A DNA stretch of 64,000 bases from Malacoraja senta (taxonomy: Eukaryota). This document shows positions 1 through 12,244 of the stretch, one piece after another (the first letter of the stretch is position 1; every line of letters starts with the position of its first letter). The notes under the pieces were generated by a model, which worked only from the letters and a program-made list of their open reading frames with translations, was not told the origin of the DNA and searched no databases. The stretch is taken from positions 161,510,001 through 161,574,000 of the forward strand of contig CM075977.1 of NCBI GenBank assembly GCA_038087875.1, written 5' to 3'. The position numbers were made by a program, and so were the translations under genes.

Positions 1-121
1 ATGTCACAGGGAGAAAGTACAAACTCCGTACAGACAGCACCCGTGGTCTGGATCGAACCCGGGTCTCCGGCATTGCATTTGCTGTAAGGCAGCAACTCTA
101 CCGCAGCGCCACCGTGCTGCC
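1..121 (-). mobile_element. tRNA-derived V-SINE (HE1-like), 5' part
   Basis: Reverse complement reads GGCAGCACGGTGGCGCTGCGGTAGAG...GGGTTCGATCC...GGAGTTTGTAC: Pol III A/B boxes followed by the V-domain start. Related copies occur at 23424 and 58849. Confidence 0.8.
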
Positions 122-2029
122 CTTTTATGGTCAATGTAGGATCTGGGCTGAAGAGTCTGCTTCTGTGCTGTATCGCAATGACTCTGACAATGCACAAGCT
201 GTGAACTTACTAGTGTTGTATACACTCCTGACAAAATATTCAATTCTTAAATTCTATGACTTGATAAATTGGGGAAGGAATTCTGTGACTTAATAAATCA
301 AGGAAAACCCTTCAACCAAGATCCCACACTGACCATCAACTACCCATTTTATATTAATCCTACATGAACCCCAATGTTATAGTAAAAACAATGTTGATCC
401 ATATTATTGACTCGTCTTGCTGCCTTAAGGAGATAATTCATATATAATCCATGGTTCATCAGCTGCTTCCAACATTTGATCTTCCCATTCCTTGCCTTGC
501 TGCATTTTCCCCAAATGAGTTACCTTGCATTTCTCAGAATTAACTTCCATTTGACTGACAACTGACCAGGCCATCTATAACCTACTGTAGCTGAAAGCTT
601 CCCCTCCTTGTGATTATCTATGCTGCCAGTTTTAGTATCATCCACCAACTATCTCATCCCATTCCTACATTTTGGCATGAACCTAATATTGCAAACCTGT
701 GAATCCTGATGGTAACTTCTGCTTTTGATCTGATTTTCCACTATCTCTTGGGCTTTTACATTTATGTTCGGCATATCGCAATTTGTCAGGGGGGGGGGGG
801 GTGGGAAGATGGGGTTGGAAGCAGTTGATGGGCATGAGACAGGAGGGGTGGAAGAGGGGTGAGACAGCTAATGGGATGGCTGGGTTTTCTGAGAGACATA
901 GTGTACTTTTAATGGGCTAATTTGCCTCTCGTGTCATTAGAAAATGTGAAATATAATCCCATTTTCTACCAATAGATGTGAATCTGTCTTTCACTCAAAT
1001 TCCATATCATCATAGCTTTTCAAAATTTGGGGTAGAAGGGAGAAGAATTATAAACTGCAGATGATGCCAAGTGGGAATGGACAATTGTATACAAGGAGTC
1101 AGCTTGTACTCGGAAAATAGCTGAAGGAAATATTTGTATGTGGAAATGGAGGTTAAATCAGAGAAACCAGAATGGTTACAATACAGGAGGCAACCATTGG
1201 CTCCTCTAATATCTTTATCCGTAGCCTTGTAAAACTTTCTACTCAATATTTTTAATCCAGTTTGCTCTTAAAGGCCACACATGAACCTGCCTCTGTGTAA
1301 TCCATCTAAATGTTGCATTTAAAAAAAAGCTTTTCCTTGGGTAGCTGTAAATTCTCTTCTCCTTTATACCTGTGACCTCTAATCCTTGGCCCTTCCACCA
1401 AAGGGGACATTTTTGGTGCTTCATTCCTTTCTGGTCACAATCCTATGTGGCAGAAAAGAATTCAGAGTATGATTCAGAAAAAAAGAAGGAACACTTTTCA
1501 TATTCTCTTATGTTATAAGAAAATACATTCAAAGAATACCTTGTGAGGCATGAAACATGGATAGAAAACCAAAATGAGTAACGAGAAAACTGGTTAAACT
1601 AGTAGAGAGAAAAGGTTTTTACATGGAGGTTCTTGGGATCATGTAGCAGAAAATAAGATCTCCAGAAGTACTGCAGTGATTCTTTGGCGAATATGCAGGT
1701 TGATGCTGAAAGTTGTTCAATTAATTTCTTAAGACTAACTTGCTAACCCTCATTTTGGGGATCATAGATGGTGAGGATTTGGAGAAAGGCAATGAAAGGG
1801 AGAAGGCCAAGCCCTTGTGCTTGATCAACCAAGGCCTTCTGGATCTTCCGGTTGCTAACCATTTTGACTCCCCAACCCATTCCCATACCAACTTTTCTAT
1901 TCTTAGCCTCCTTTATTGACAGAATGTGGCTACAGACAAACTTGAGGAATAGAACATAAGGAATAAAAGAGAAACGAACATTGAATTCTTCAATTTCAAG
2001 TAACACCCCACTTCTCCTTCCTGTGACTT

Positions 2030-2548
2030 CAGTTGTACAGGATGGTAAGGCCGCACGGAGTATTGTTTTGTTTTGGTCATTCTGCTTTAGGAAAGATGCC
2101 ATTAAGCTGGAAAGGGTGCAGAGAAGATTTACAAGGATGTTGCCAGGACTTGAGGCCTGAGTTTATAGGGAGAGGCAGGCTAGGACATTATCCCTTGGTG
2201 CAGAGGAGGCTAACGGATGATCATGATGAAGCATATAAAATCATGAGGGAAATAGATAGGGTCGATGCATGGTCTTTATTTCCAGGGTAGGGAAATGACG
2301 AACCAGAGGGCATAGGTTTAAGGTGAAAGAGGCCAGTTTTCATAGGACCCTGAGGGACCTTTATGCACAGCATGGCCTGAAGTAGTTGAGACAGGTACAA
2401 TAACAACATTTGAACATGTAGCTGGATAGGAAAAATTTAGAGGGTAAAGGGCCAAACAGGCAAAAATGGGTCACGGGTACTAGTTTGGATAGGGCATCTT
2501 GATTGACATCGACAAGTTCGGCTGAATGGCTAGTTTTGTCCTGTGTAA
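2030..2548 (+). mobile_element. CR1 LINE 3' fragment
   Basis: Degenerate RT C-terminus (LYR.VRPH..YC...W...LERVQRRFTRMLPGL; YKIMREIDRVD; TRGHRFKV) plus CR1 3' UTR. Confidence 0.85.
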
Positions 2549-2776
2549 CTCTAACTCTCAGACTAAAACAATGCACACATTTATCAATTACTGTTGGATT
2601 TTTGACTGGTGTTTTGGGTCAATTGTGCTATTTTAATGTAAGTCAACCGAAACTTACAAAAAAATTAACATTGAATTATTCACTTTTTTCGTGGAGTCTA
2701 AGTTGGTTACTTTTTCAATACATATTCGTTATTGATGGTCTTACTTGTTCATTTGTTATTGTTCCAGCCATCTGTA

Positions 2777-5700
2777 GGTGGTGGCCCGTCGGTAACGATG
2801 ATGGCGGGTTGTGCAGTCTCAATTCTGGTGATTCTGACATGGCTCACGAGTCCAATTCATGAACCGCACACGCGAGGGCAGTGGGAGCAGGTGAAGGTCA
2901 TCGTTGGCGGGTTCTGGGCGGCAGCCTTCCTCCTCTCCCTGGCTTTGGTAAGTCACTCTAGGTGGCGCTCCTCGAAGCTGCTAGCTGCTGTTCGCACTGC
3001 TGCGCGCCAGCGTGTTCTGTCACTGGCGTAGGCTTCCAGTTGCTTGGGCGCAAGACCACAATAGTGGAGATGGTCCTTGACGCAATCGTTGTACCGCTTC
3101 CTGGGACACCCATGGTTCCTTTGACCCTGGGAGAGCACGCCGTAGAAGACCTGTCGAGGCATGCAGGTTTCATCCATCCTGATGATGTGCGCAGTCCATC
3201 GGAGCTGTGCTTTGATAATCATTGCCTCGATGCTTGTGAAGCTGGATCTGTCCAATACTTCTAGGTTGGGCACTTTGTCCTGCCAGTGAATACCCATGAT
3301 GTACCGTAACGAGCACATATGGAACTTCTCAAGTTGATGGATGTGATTCCTATACAAGGTCCACGTTTTACAGCCATAGAGCAGGCTGGAAAGCACAACT
3401 GGTTTGTAGACTTTGAGTTTAGTTGACAGCTTGATGTTGTGGTGGTTCAACTCTCGTGTATGCAGTCGTCCAAGTGCTTGACTGGCTTTGCTGATTCTCG
3501 TTGAGATTTCCTTGTCCAGGGAGCCATCAGATGATATTACACTTCCCAAGTATTTGAAGCAATCAACGGCTTTCAGCTATGTGCTGTCAATGTGCACACT
3601 TGGGGGCGGTGCTGCAGAATCTGGAGCCGGCTGGTGGATGACTTCCATTTTGCTGAGGCTGATTGTGAGACCAAAAGCCCGTGCTGCTTCCGCAAATTTG
3701 GTCACAATGAACTGGAGTTCAGACTCCTCGTGAGCCATGAGGGTGCAGTCATCCACAAAAAGGGCTTTGAGAATGAGCCGTTCGTGTGTCTTGCTTTTGC
3801 CGTTCAGTCGTCGAAGGTCAAAGAGAGATCTGACCAGATGGTACTTCAGGTACACGCCACGGTCGAGGTCCTGGAGTGCGTGACTCCGGATGCAGCCGAA
3901 GAAGAGGTTGAAGAGTACAGGGGCCAGAACGCAACCTTGCTTCAGATGTCGAAAGGTGCAGAAGTTTCACCGTTGACCAGAACTGTTCCTGTCATGCCAT
4001 CATGGAAGAGGCGGATGATCTGGATGATCTTTCTTGGGCAGCTGAGCTTGTAAAGTATCGACCACAGAGCCTCCCGGTTGACCGTGTCAAAGGCATTTGT
4101 CAATACGATGAAGACTGCGTAGTGGTCCATCTTTTGCTCGATGCATTTTTCCTGTATCTGTCTCACCGTGAAGATCATATCAGCAGTGCTGCGTCCAGGT
4201 CTGAAACCACACTGAGACTCCGGCAAGCTTGCTTCCACAACCTTATTGATTAGGCGGTTTGATGACATGGGTCAGTATCTTTCCAGTGATGGACAACAAG
4301 GAGATGCCTCGGTAGTTGCCACAGTCAGCTTTGCTACCTTTGTTTTTGAACAAGGAGACAACAGTGGCGTCCCTGAATTCATCGGGCATACTTTCTGTCT
4401 CCCAGATGCTGGACGAGATGTTGTGGAAGGCGTCTAGTGTCTCAGGACCTGCTGCCTTGTAAAGTTCAATAGGGAGTCCGTCCATGCCTGATGCCTTGCC
4501 TGTACTGGTTTGACTGATGGCCTTCTTGATCGCTTCCAAAGATGGGAGGAGGTCAAGGTCGTCAAGTGTTGGCTTTTGTGGGATCTGGTCGAGAGCGACT
4601 GGGTCAACGGCAGAGGTTCTATTGAGGAGATTGGCGAAGTGTTGTCTCCATCTGTCTGAGATGCTGAGTTTTTCCTTGAGCAGGGTTTTGCCGTCAGTTG
4701 CAAGGAGGGGGGAGGTCAGCTTGGGTGGACCATACACAGCCTTGATCAAGCTGAAAAACTGTTTAGAGTTGTTCGTGTCTGCGTAATGTTGTACTTCGTC
4801 AGCTTCACTCACCCACCAGCTGTCTTGCATCTCTCGTAGCTCCTTCTGTGCCTTGCTCTGCAGGTGTTTGAAGCGATTCTTTTTGGAGATAGAGGATACG
4901 TCGTTCTGCCACTCGATGAATGCCTTGTGTTTCTCCTCCAGGAGTTTGGTTATTTCATCATTGTTTACATCAAACCAGTCGCTGCTTGCATCCAAGCACT
5001 TCCTTAGCTCACTCTGTCATCAGCTCTTTGAACTGGTGCCACTTTTCAGCGGGGTCGCCTGTCAGTGGTCCATGAGCAGTCAGCTTGTTGTCCAGCTGGG
5101 ACTGGTACTTCTCAGTGACGTCTGGTCGTTTGAGCATCTCTGTGTTGAATATTACACGGTGAAGCTTGGATGTCTTGGGCTGTGGCAGAGGGATGTGCAT
5201 GTTGAAAATTGACCTGACCAATCTGTGATTAGTCCAACATACGCTCCCCGTATGGTCCTGGTTATCTTAACGTCACGGATGTTCCGCCTGCGGACAATGA
5301 CATTGTCGATGAGATGCCATTGCTTGGACCTGGGATACATCCACGTGGTCTCGTACTTGTTGGCCATTCTGAAGAGGGTGTTGGTGATGGTGAGGTCATT
5401 TTCTGCACACATAGGAGGAGTAGACCGTTTCCTATCTTCTTTCCAGCGCCGTGAGATCCCATCACCTGTTCCCAGCACTGGCTGTCACTGCCGACTCTGG
5501 CATTGAAGTCCCCGCGCAGGATGAGCTTGTCGCTGGCAGGGGTTTGCTTCATCATACATTCTAGGTCCTCGTAGAACTTCTCTTTAACCTCATCACTGCT
5601 GATCAGAGTGGGGGGTATAAGCGCTTATGATAGTCAGGTTGCGAGAAAAGGTGAGGGGGAGCGAAGCTTCATGAGATGTTCATTTACTCCTGTAGGAAGA

Positions 5701-6612
5701 TCCGGCATCTGTTGTAAGAGAGATGTCCTTACTGCCAGTCCAACCCCATGGATCCGATCTTCGTTCTCTACTTTGCCTTTCCAGAAGAATATGTAACCAC
5801 CCATCGGTTCACAGATTGATCCTTACTCGGTGAAACACGTTTCGCTGAAAGCAGCAATGTCGATCCTGTACCGAGCCAGTTTCCTGGCTACAAGGGCTGT
5901 TCTTCGCTAAGGCCTTGCTGTGGTGTCTCTGTCCATGAGAGTGCGTCCATTCCATGTGGCCAAGATAAGTTTCTTTTTCCATTTATAGTTTCGACCGCAG
6001 GTGAGGGTTAAACTGCCAGCTGCCGCTTGCTGGCCAGTTCGTTGAGGGCAGGCAATGTTTAGGACACCTTTTCTAGTCCCCTCCCTTACTAGGGTGAGCA
6101 GTGCTGTCCTGAAGAGGGCTGCTCAGTCGCCTGAGATTCTGCCAAACTTCCTTGCTCCCTTGGTACAAAGAAGAGCAACCACTGGTCTATAGGCTGCCTA
6201 CGTGCAGGTGCGGAACTACGACTTCCAGTAGTAACCTCTACCTGTCGCTTTGCTCCTAGTCCATCGCCGCAGGACTTTGTGTAGAGAAGAGGACTGCTCA
6301 AAAACCTGCGCGTGAATGAGTTTAAGGTGGAGAAGCTGTTGCACTGTAACAACCCCACCCTCTTGGCCGCAGAAGTCAGAGTCCAGTGGTATGAAAAATC
6401 ATCACGGCTGGAGACTTCTTGGCTGCAGTGGATGGCCATGTCGTCTTTAGTGCTCTGACTAGCCCTTCGCATTCCACAGTGCGTTGCTGCGTCGCCTTTC
6501 CAGCCGTTGGTTCTTAAAGATCTCTTCCGCCTGGTCCGCCAAAGCAGACTTTCCATGAAGGATGAGCATGTCCTACAGGTTGAACTGGACTACATGGTAC
6601 CAGTAGCAAGGC
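2777..6612 (-). mobile_element. Near full-length degenerate RTE-clade non-LTR retrotransposon (APE endonuclease, RT, C-terminal CCHH finger)
   Basis: Broken single ORF from about 5995 downward: CGRN..LATWNGRTL..RRTALVARKLARYRIDIAAFSET; GDFNARVG; TWMYPRSKQWHLID; GKASGMDGLP; NYRGISLLS; LPESQCGFRPGRST; LFVDDC; QLRWTAHIIRM; CSHCPRVC...GLVSH. It has several stops and frameshifts and an ~600-bp 5' leader. No clean TSD seen. Confidence 0.95.
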
Positions 6613-7539
6613 TATGTACAAATCACCTTGGAACAATTTGTGTTGGCTTCTCTGATCTTAGCAAAATCTGCTAACTTGATTTTGGTATCCCTGTCACTGA
6701 TGTGAATAAGAAATATTACTCTTCCATAAATGAATGTTTACATTATGCAGACAGGGCATCTTTCCTCAATGGTTGACTAAACACCAGAAGTTCATACTCC
6801 GCTCCTTCATTCATTCTTACACTGAGATATTATCACACACATATTTGATAACCTGCATTTTCAAGAAGCTGTTCAGTGGTAAGATTTCCAATATAACACT
6901 ACATTTTGTTTTTTTGACATTTGGTGCTTCAAACCGATTCCTGCCTGTCTTCACTGATCCAATGTAGGGAACAAAAACATCTGAGGCCACTTTAATAAAA
7001 GTGTTCTGAAATGGCCCCAATAACACTCTCATTTGGTGGACTTCCACTTAGCAGTGAATGGTCCTAAATTTAATTCAGCACATCTTTTTTGAAATTCCCA
7101 AAACTTGAAATCTGAAATGAAAGTAAAACACATTTGTTGATGATTTGAAATCACAGGATTATACGGAATACACAGAAAACATTCAGCATCTTGTTCCTAT
7201 CTGCTATTTATCCAAGAAGTTTCCTGTAAGCTTCTTGGATAAAGCTATCAAACTAATTAGTCCCACTCCCCTGCTCTATTCTAATGACGTCATAAATTGT
7301 TTCCCCTTAAACAATTATCCAAACTGCTTTTAAAAGTTGCCATCGAATCTGCTTCCATTATGAATTCCATATCGCCAGTCATTGGTACTTCTGCCTGTCT
7401 CTGGTTACTAACTGTTCTGCTTCTGGAAAAAAGATTCTATTTATTTTATCAAAAACAGTTGTGGTTTTGAACTGTTGTATCAAACAGTAACTAGTCACAG
7501 ATGTTGTTAACATGCTATTTCCAGCATTTCAAATGAAGC

Positions 7540-8225
7540 CAAGAATCAGGAGTGTTTAATTGTCATATTTACTGGTAAGGGGACAATTCTTGCAGCAAAC
7601 TCTTGCTGCAGCATTACAGGCCCATTAATGCAAGAACATGCAAATAAATATATCATAGTCAATAATACAGTAAATTAATAACTAGTAATTCTAGATAACT
7701 AAACCATAATAACGCAAAACCAAAGTCCACAATGCAACCAAAACAAAATGCATCACAGATCGTGGCGATACAAGAAACTGCAGATGCTGGAATCGAGCAA
7801 AATACAAAGCTTTGGAGTACCTCAATGGATCAGGCAGCATCTGCGGAGGGATAGGATAGGTGAAGTTTCATCCCTCCACAGATGCTGCCTGACCCGCTGA
7901 GTTATGCCAGCCAACTAACAGCCTATTGCACTTTATCTGTTTATTTATGTGTGTGTATATAGTCTTGACTTGACTTGAACACTGTGTTTTGGTCCACTGT
8001 GGATCTTTAGCTGCTGAGATGGTGGTTACTGTTGTGCAGTGTTCAGGAACTTGATGGTTGCCTGGGAAGAAGCTATTTTTGAACATGGAGGTCATGGTTT
8101 TCAGGCTCCAGTATCATCACCTCAATGGTAGGAGCAAGATACGAATATGGCCAGGATGGTGTGGGTCTTTGATATCACCTGTCCTTTTAAATTGGTGCCT
8201 CCTGAAGATCCCTTCAATGGTAGAT
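7540..8225 (-). mobile_element. Rex1/Babar-type LINE 3' fragment with nested short insertions
   Basis: Minus strand has the typical Rex C-terminus (..KNSFFP..) and 3' UTR. It is interrupted at about 7770-7910 by a Penelope-derived palindrome and at about 7915-7977 by another tail fragment. Confidence 0.65.
7770..7912. mobile_element. Old palindromic Penelope-derived mini-element
   Basis: ctgcagatgctgg...tcaggcagcatctgcggagggat followed by the inverted atccctccacagatgctgcctga. Confidence 0.7.
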
Positions 8226-8885
8226 TAATGATTTAGTTTGATTCATAGTACCTGTTTTCTACAAATTTCACACTGAAAAGATTCAGAGTGAGAGGCAACA
8301 GCCGTACAGTTTAATTCTGGAAAGTTAAGTTACAGCAAGTTTGCTGAGGAATCATGTGCCTGGGCTGGGTATCAGTTCCAGCCTGTAAATCTTTGTGACC
8401 AAGCCCAAGCGATTATTTATTCAGGTTAGCAATGTAAATTGAAATAAATGGAGCACAATCTATAAATCAGATCTCTGTTATGGTACTGCTTTCAGATACA
8501 GTCTGGCAGGTAGTGGAACAATACATTTGCTTACAGGTTTTTTTTTCCTTACAAGGGGGAACTAAATCATATTTAAGAATTTGGCACTGCATTAAAACAA
8601 TGTGCTCGACTGAGACTTGTATCCATGTAATGATTTCCATGGATATACTGTACTTAGGAGAAAATATTTTCAAAATATTGTTGATATTTCCTTTATCAAC
8701 ATTATTAATTTAGGAGAAAGGAAAATCAAATTTTATTGAAAATTTTTACAGCCTCTTATTGTTCCAAAGTTCTCCAAGTACCTTTTGTAGTATATGCACT
8801 GTTGTATTTTAGCAGACGTGTCAGCCAATTCTGCTTATGTGGCTCTCTGAGGACCAGATGATAATGACCAGCAGTCTTACAGTGG

Positions 8886-10083
8886 GAGACACAAAGTGCT
8901 GAGGTAAAGGGCCTGTCCCACTTGGGCGTCATTTGCGTGTCATTTACATGACATCCTAAAAATTGGTTGGCGCGTTGTGACGTGTGGTGAGGCGTGGTGG
9001 CGTACTCAGTGACGCGTGATAACGCGCGCCGCCCCAGGATTTTGTGAGGCTCAAAATCCTCGTGCGCCACCTGCGTCACGTATCTATTGCGCACGCTGAC
9101 GTACTGATGGCGTACACTGACATACTGACGGCGTACGTGTAGCACGTGGTGACGCATGGTTACACAGGGTGACGCACAAACGTTGCCTATGCTAATTTAT
9201 TATGCATCACCCTGTGTCAACGTCCGTAACCATGCGCCGCCCGTACGCCGTCGGCGCACCATTTGCGTGTCATTAGAGCGCCGCACCACGTGACCGCCCG
9301 GGTATAAAGCGCGTGTAGTTTTGAAAAATTTTCACCATAGTATCTTTGATTTTCACTGGGAAAATCCTTGCCACGGAGATCGGACAAGGTATGAACGACA
9401 TCGCAAATGGCTCCCAAAGGGGGCAGGGCCCTCAGGGGCACTTGGCGTGCAACTGTCATACTGCTAGACGATTTTCGCACGACGGTCGCACGTCAGTCAC
9501 TACTGGCCTGTCGCGTAAATGTCGTGCAAATGGTGCCCAAGTGGGACGCCCTTAACTCAGCGGGTCAGGCAGCATCTCTGGAGAAAAAGGATGAGTGAGG
9601 TTTTGGATGAAGACCCTTCTTCAGATTGAAAAGTAGGGGGTGGTGGGGAGGGGAGAGAGCTGGAGGCGAGTAAAGGCCAGGACAAATCAGGGTCGGCCAC
9701 GGAAGGGTGGTGCCCTGATAGGCCAATTGTAGGCTGGGGAAGGTGTGATCTCAAGAGGGATACAATGTGGTGAACAATTGAACTGTTAAAAGACTAGGGT
9801 AGAAGAAGGGGGGAGGGTGGGGGAGGATGTTGGTTGAAGTTACTTAAAATGTAGAGAATTCAGCTTTCATACTGCTGGGTTGTAAGCTACCTAAGCGAAG
9901 ATTTGAGGCGCTGCTCCTCCAATGTACATATGGCCTCACTGTAACAATGGAGGCAGCCCAGGACACAAAGGCCAGTTTGGAAATGGGCAGAGGAGTAGAA
10001 ATCGTTAGCAACTGGGAGATCCCGTAGGCCTCGGCGGACTGCGCGTTAGTGATCAGCGAAATCATCGCGAAGTTTACGTTTAT
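8886..10083 (-). mobile_element. Penelope-like element 3' fragment (GIY-YIG C-terminus plus pLTR with degenerate hammerhead), split by a MITE
   Basis: Minus-strand remnant DLPVAN.F...LEEQRL..RLGSLQPSSM..EFSTFK at about 9843-10080. The pLTR sequence acacaaagtgctgaggtaa|ctcagcgggtcaggcagcatc is interrupted exactly by the 8908-9552 MITE. Confidence 0.85.
8908..9552. mobile_element. PIF/Harbinger-type MITE, 645 bp
   Basis: Imperfect ~45-bp TIRs (AGGGCCTGTCCCACTTGGGC... / ...GCCCAAGTGGGACGCCCT). TAA is duplicated at 8905-8907 and 9553-9555, and removing the element restores the host Penelope pLTR. Confidence 0.88.
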
Positions 10084-10085
10084 TA

Positions 10086-10200
10086 CAGTGGTGTTGATTT
10101 GAGGGATTGGATATTGGCCAGGCCACCAGGAGCAACCTCTGCATTCACTGTTTGGATAAATTTGATCCGTAAAATCCAGGAGTGCGGTTTGAGTTTAGCT
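10086..10200. mobile_element. Degenerate DeuSINE-like (SacSINE1/AmnSINE1-type) fragment
   Basis: GTGGTGTTGATTTGAGGGATTGGATATTGGCCAGGCCACCAGGAGCAACCTCTGC resembles the Deu domain as recalled. Weaker similar pieces lie near 28700-28790 and 55990-56130. Confidence 0.4.
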
Positions 10201-10436
10201 GTTGTATTTGTATTTACGTGTGCATGTTATTGACTCTTTATGGAATATGACCTGTGTTTTTGAAAAGCAAGTTTGCAATGCTTTTGTATTGCCTCAATAG
10301 AATTGCTTAAGTAAAGTCACGCAAGTTTTGACCTTTTACAAAGCAGTTTGCTTGTATTATAGCCTATTATCCCGATACCTCCTGGGTGTGCGTGCTCTAT
10401 TCTGAACTGTTTTGTAATCTTTCTTTTTGAGTGCAG

Positions 10437-10519
10437 TGTGCAAGGATCCACCGTATAAAGTGGAAGAGTCAGGATACGCTGGTTTTATAATGCCGATTGA
10501 AGTGTACTTCCGAAACAAG
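10437..10519 (+). CDS. MLLT3: MLLT3/AF9 coding exon (human exon 3 equivalent), YEATS domain
   Basis: tgcAG|TGTGCAAG...AACAAG|GTaaag, 83 bp. Encodes (V)[27 protein letters not shown], including the acyl-lysine-binding SGYAGF loop. Confidence 0.97.
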
Positions 10520-11419
10520 GTAAAGTAATTGACACTTGATATTTTTGTGTACACTATCCCTTCTGAATGGTGGAATGAATGCTGGTGATCGTAGCATCTT
10601 AAAGTAGTGTTTGCAAAGTAGATTTTGCACATTGAAATGTATGGAAGCATACAGTTCAACTTTGCAATGCAACATTGCTGTCTATAAGATTAGTTTTACA
10701 TTTAAGCTTTTAACTCAAAATTTTAAATCTCTCGTCCACTCCCTCTGAAATATAGTGACCCCATTCAGTCTTGTGCACAGCATAAAAGTTTGTGAAGGAA
10801 ACTGAGCCCACTGTGATTGGGGGAGGGGTGATGACTTTAATAGCTCTTTAACACAAAATTGCTGAAGCACCATTTCTAAAAGTGATGAGAACCATTAAGG
10901 TGCTGCTATTACCAGTGTAACATCTGTGACTAAAAGCTTCACATTTTCTATAATCTTGTTGAATATACAAAGCTGCAGCAGAGGAGAATGTTTTTTTAGG
11001 AGCAAATATTGAGAAATTAGAATACAAAATAATTTGTAGTTTTGGTTGAAATAAAATAAAATTTCAGTTCATTTCTGATGTTTCTGCAATTAAATTCACA
11101 AGCATAAGTTTCTAATAGAGTCGGGAGTCTTGTTGCTGTGGTAGTTCAGCTTCGGATTTGCTTAGCAGACCAGAACGTCTGCAAGCAAGAACAAAAGGAT
11201 GGAAACTACAGCAATGGACACCTGGAGCTCGTCTAAATAATACAGCTCTAAATTTTAATACAGCTCTTGAATTTAAATGTCTGGTCTAAAAATGAAAATG
11301 GCTTCTATTGAAGGATAAAAAGACCAAGGAAAGGGGTCAGAGAAGAGTTTCTACAGTTAATTTTTCATTTTTCCAAGTCTCTTATCCCTTGCCCACCCCC
11401 TCCCCCCCCCCACACCACC

Positions 11420-12060
11420 ACCCCAAAACAATTAGTTACTGACCCAATTCAAGTTTTTCATCCTATTTCATCCAGTGCCATTCCAATAAATTTACCCTCC
11501 CTAAGATCTGATGCACTTTCCGAAGTGTAGTGCCACAATTATACACAAAACATCAGCTGAGACTAAACCAATGAGTTCAGGTTTAGCATGACATCCTTGT
11601 TTTTGTATTCAGTTGCCCTATTTACAGTCCAGGCATCCCATATGTTCTCTTAATCCCTTAACATCTTGTCTGCCACATTCATAGATTTGTGAAACTCTAC
11701 CCCTGCTCCTATTCTCACAACCTGCTTGCTTTCATTTATATTGTCGTTGTTTCAATGTCTCGCGTGAAGGACAACACTTGCTCCTATTGAATAATATCTG
11801 ATTGGAGTTGGCCCATTTTCTGTCGGCTTCCTCCAAGTTGGCCACCACCCTGCACATTATTTAATACATGGTAAACTTTTATATCCTGTGCCAACTACAA
11901 ATTTGTGCTCCCTGTACCCAGGACATTGTTACTTGCATGTAGCAAGAAAACCAGTGGTGGTAATTACTGACCTCCTGGAGTCCCACAGTCTACTTCCCTC
12001 ATCAGGTAAACAATTGTTTGCCACTACTTTGTCACTTATCCTTTAGACAACCATACCTTT
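11420..12060 (-). mobile_element. Old CR1-type LINE RT fragment
   Basis: Highly decayed. Motif remnants match the younger minus-strand CR1 copies in this window. Confidence 0.5.
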
Positions 12061-12244
12061 GGGTAATTATTAAATAAAGGTTTCCTGTGTTAGCTTTGAA
12101 GGTGGGGATTTGATATGCAGGCAATTGGGCTCCTTTTCATTTGCTGTGTAATCATTTAAAATTGTAGCCTAGGGTAGTGGTAGCTTAATCTTCTTGGTGC
12201 TTTATAAACAATTGGATGAGAATATATGTCATAAGTAGTAATTT

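Noticed and set aside
1-121. tRNA gene (also 23424 and 58849)
   Set aside because: The A/B boxes are followed by V-SINE body sequence and there is no intact cloverleaf.
6480-6700. HDV-like ribozyme expected at the RTE 5' end
   Set aside because: No P1/P2/P3 pairing or J4/2 motif found. The element seems truncated before it, and no TSD was found.
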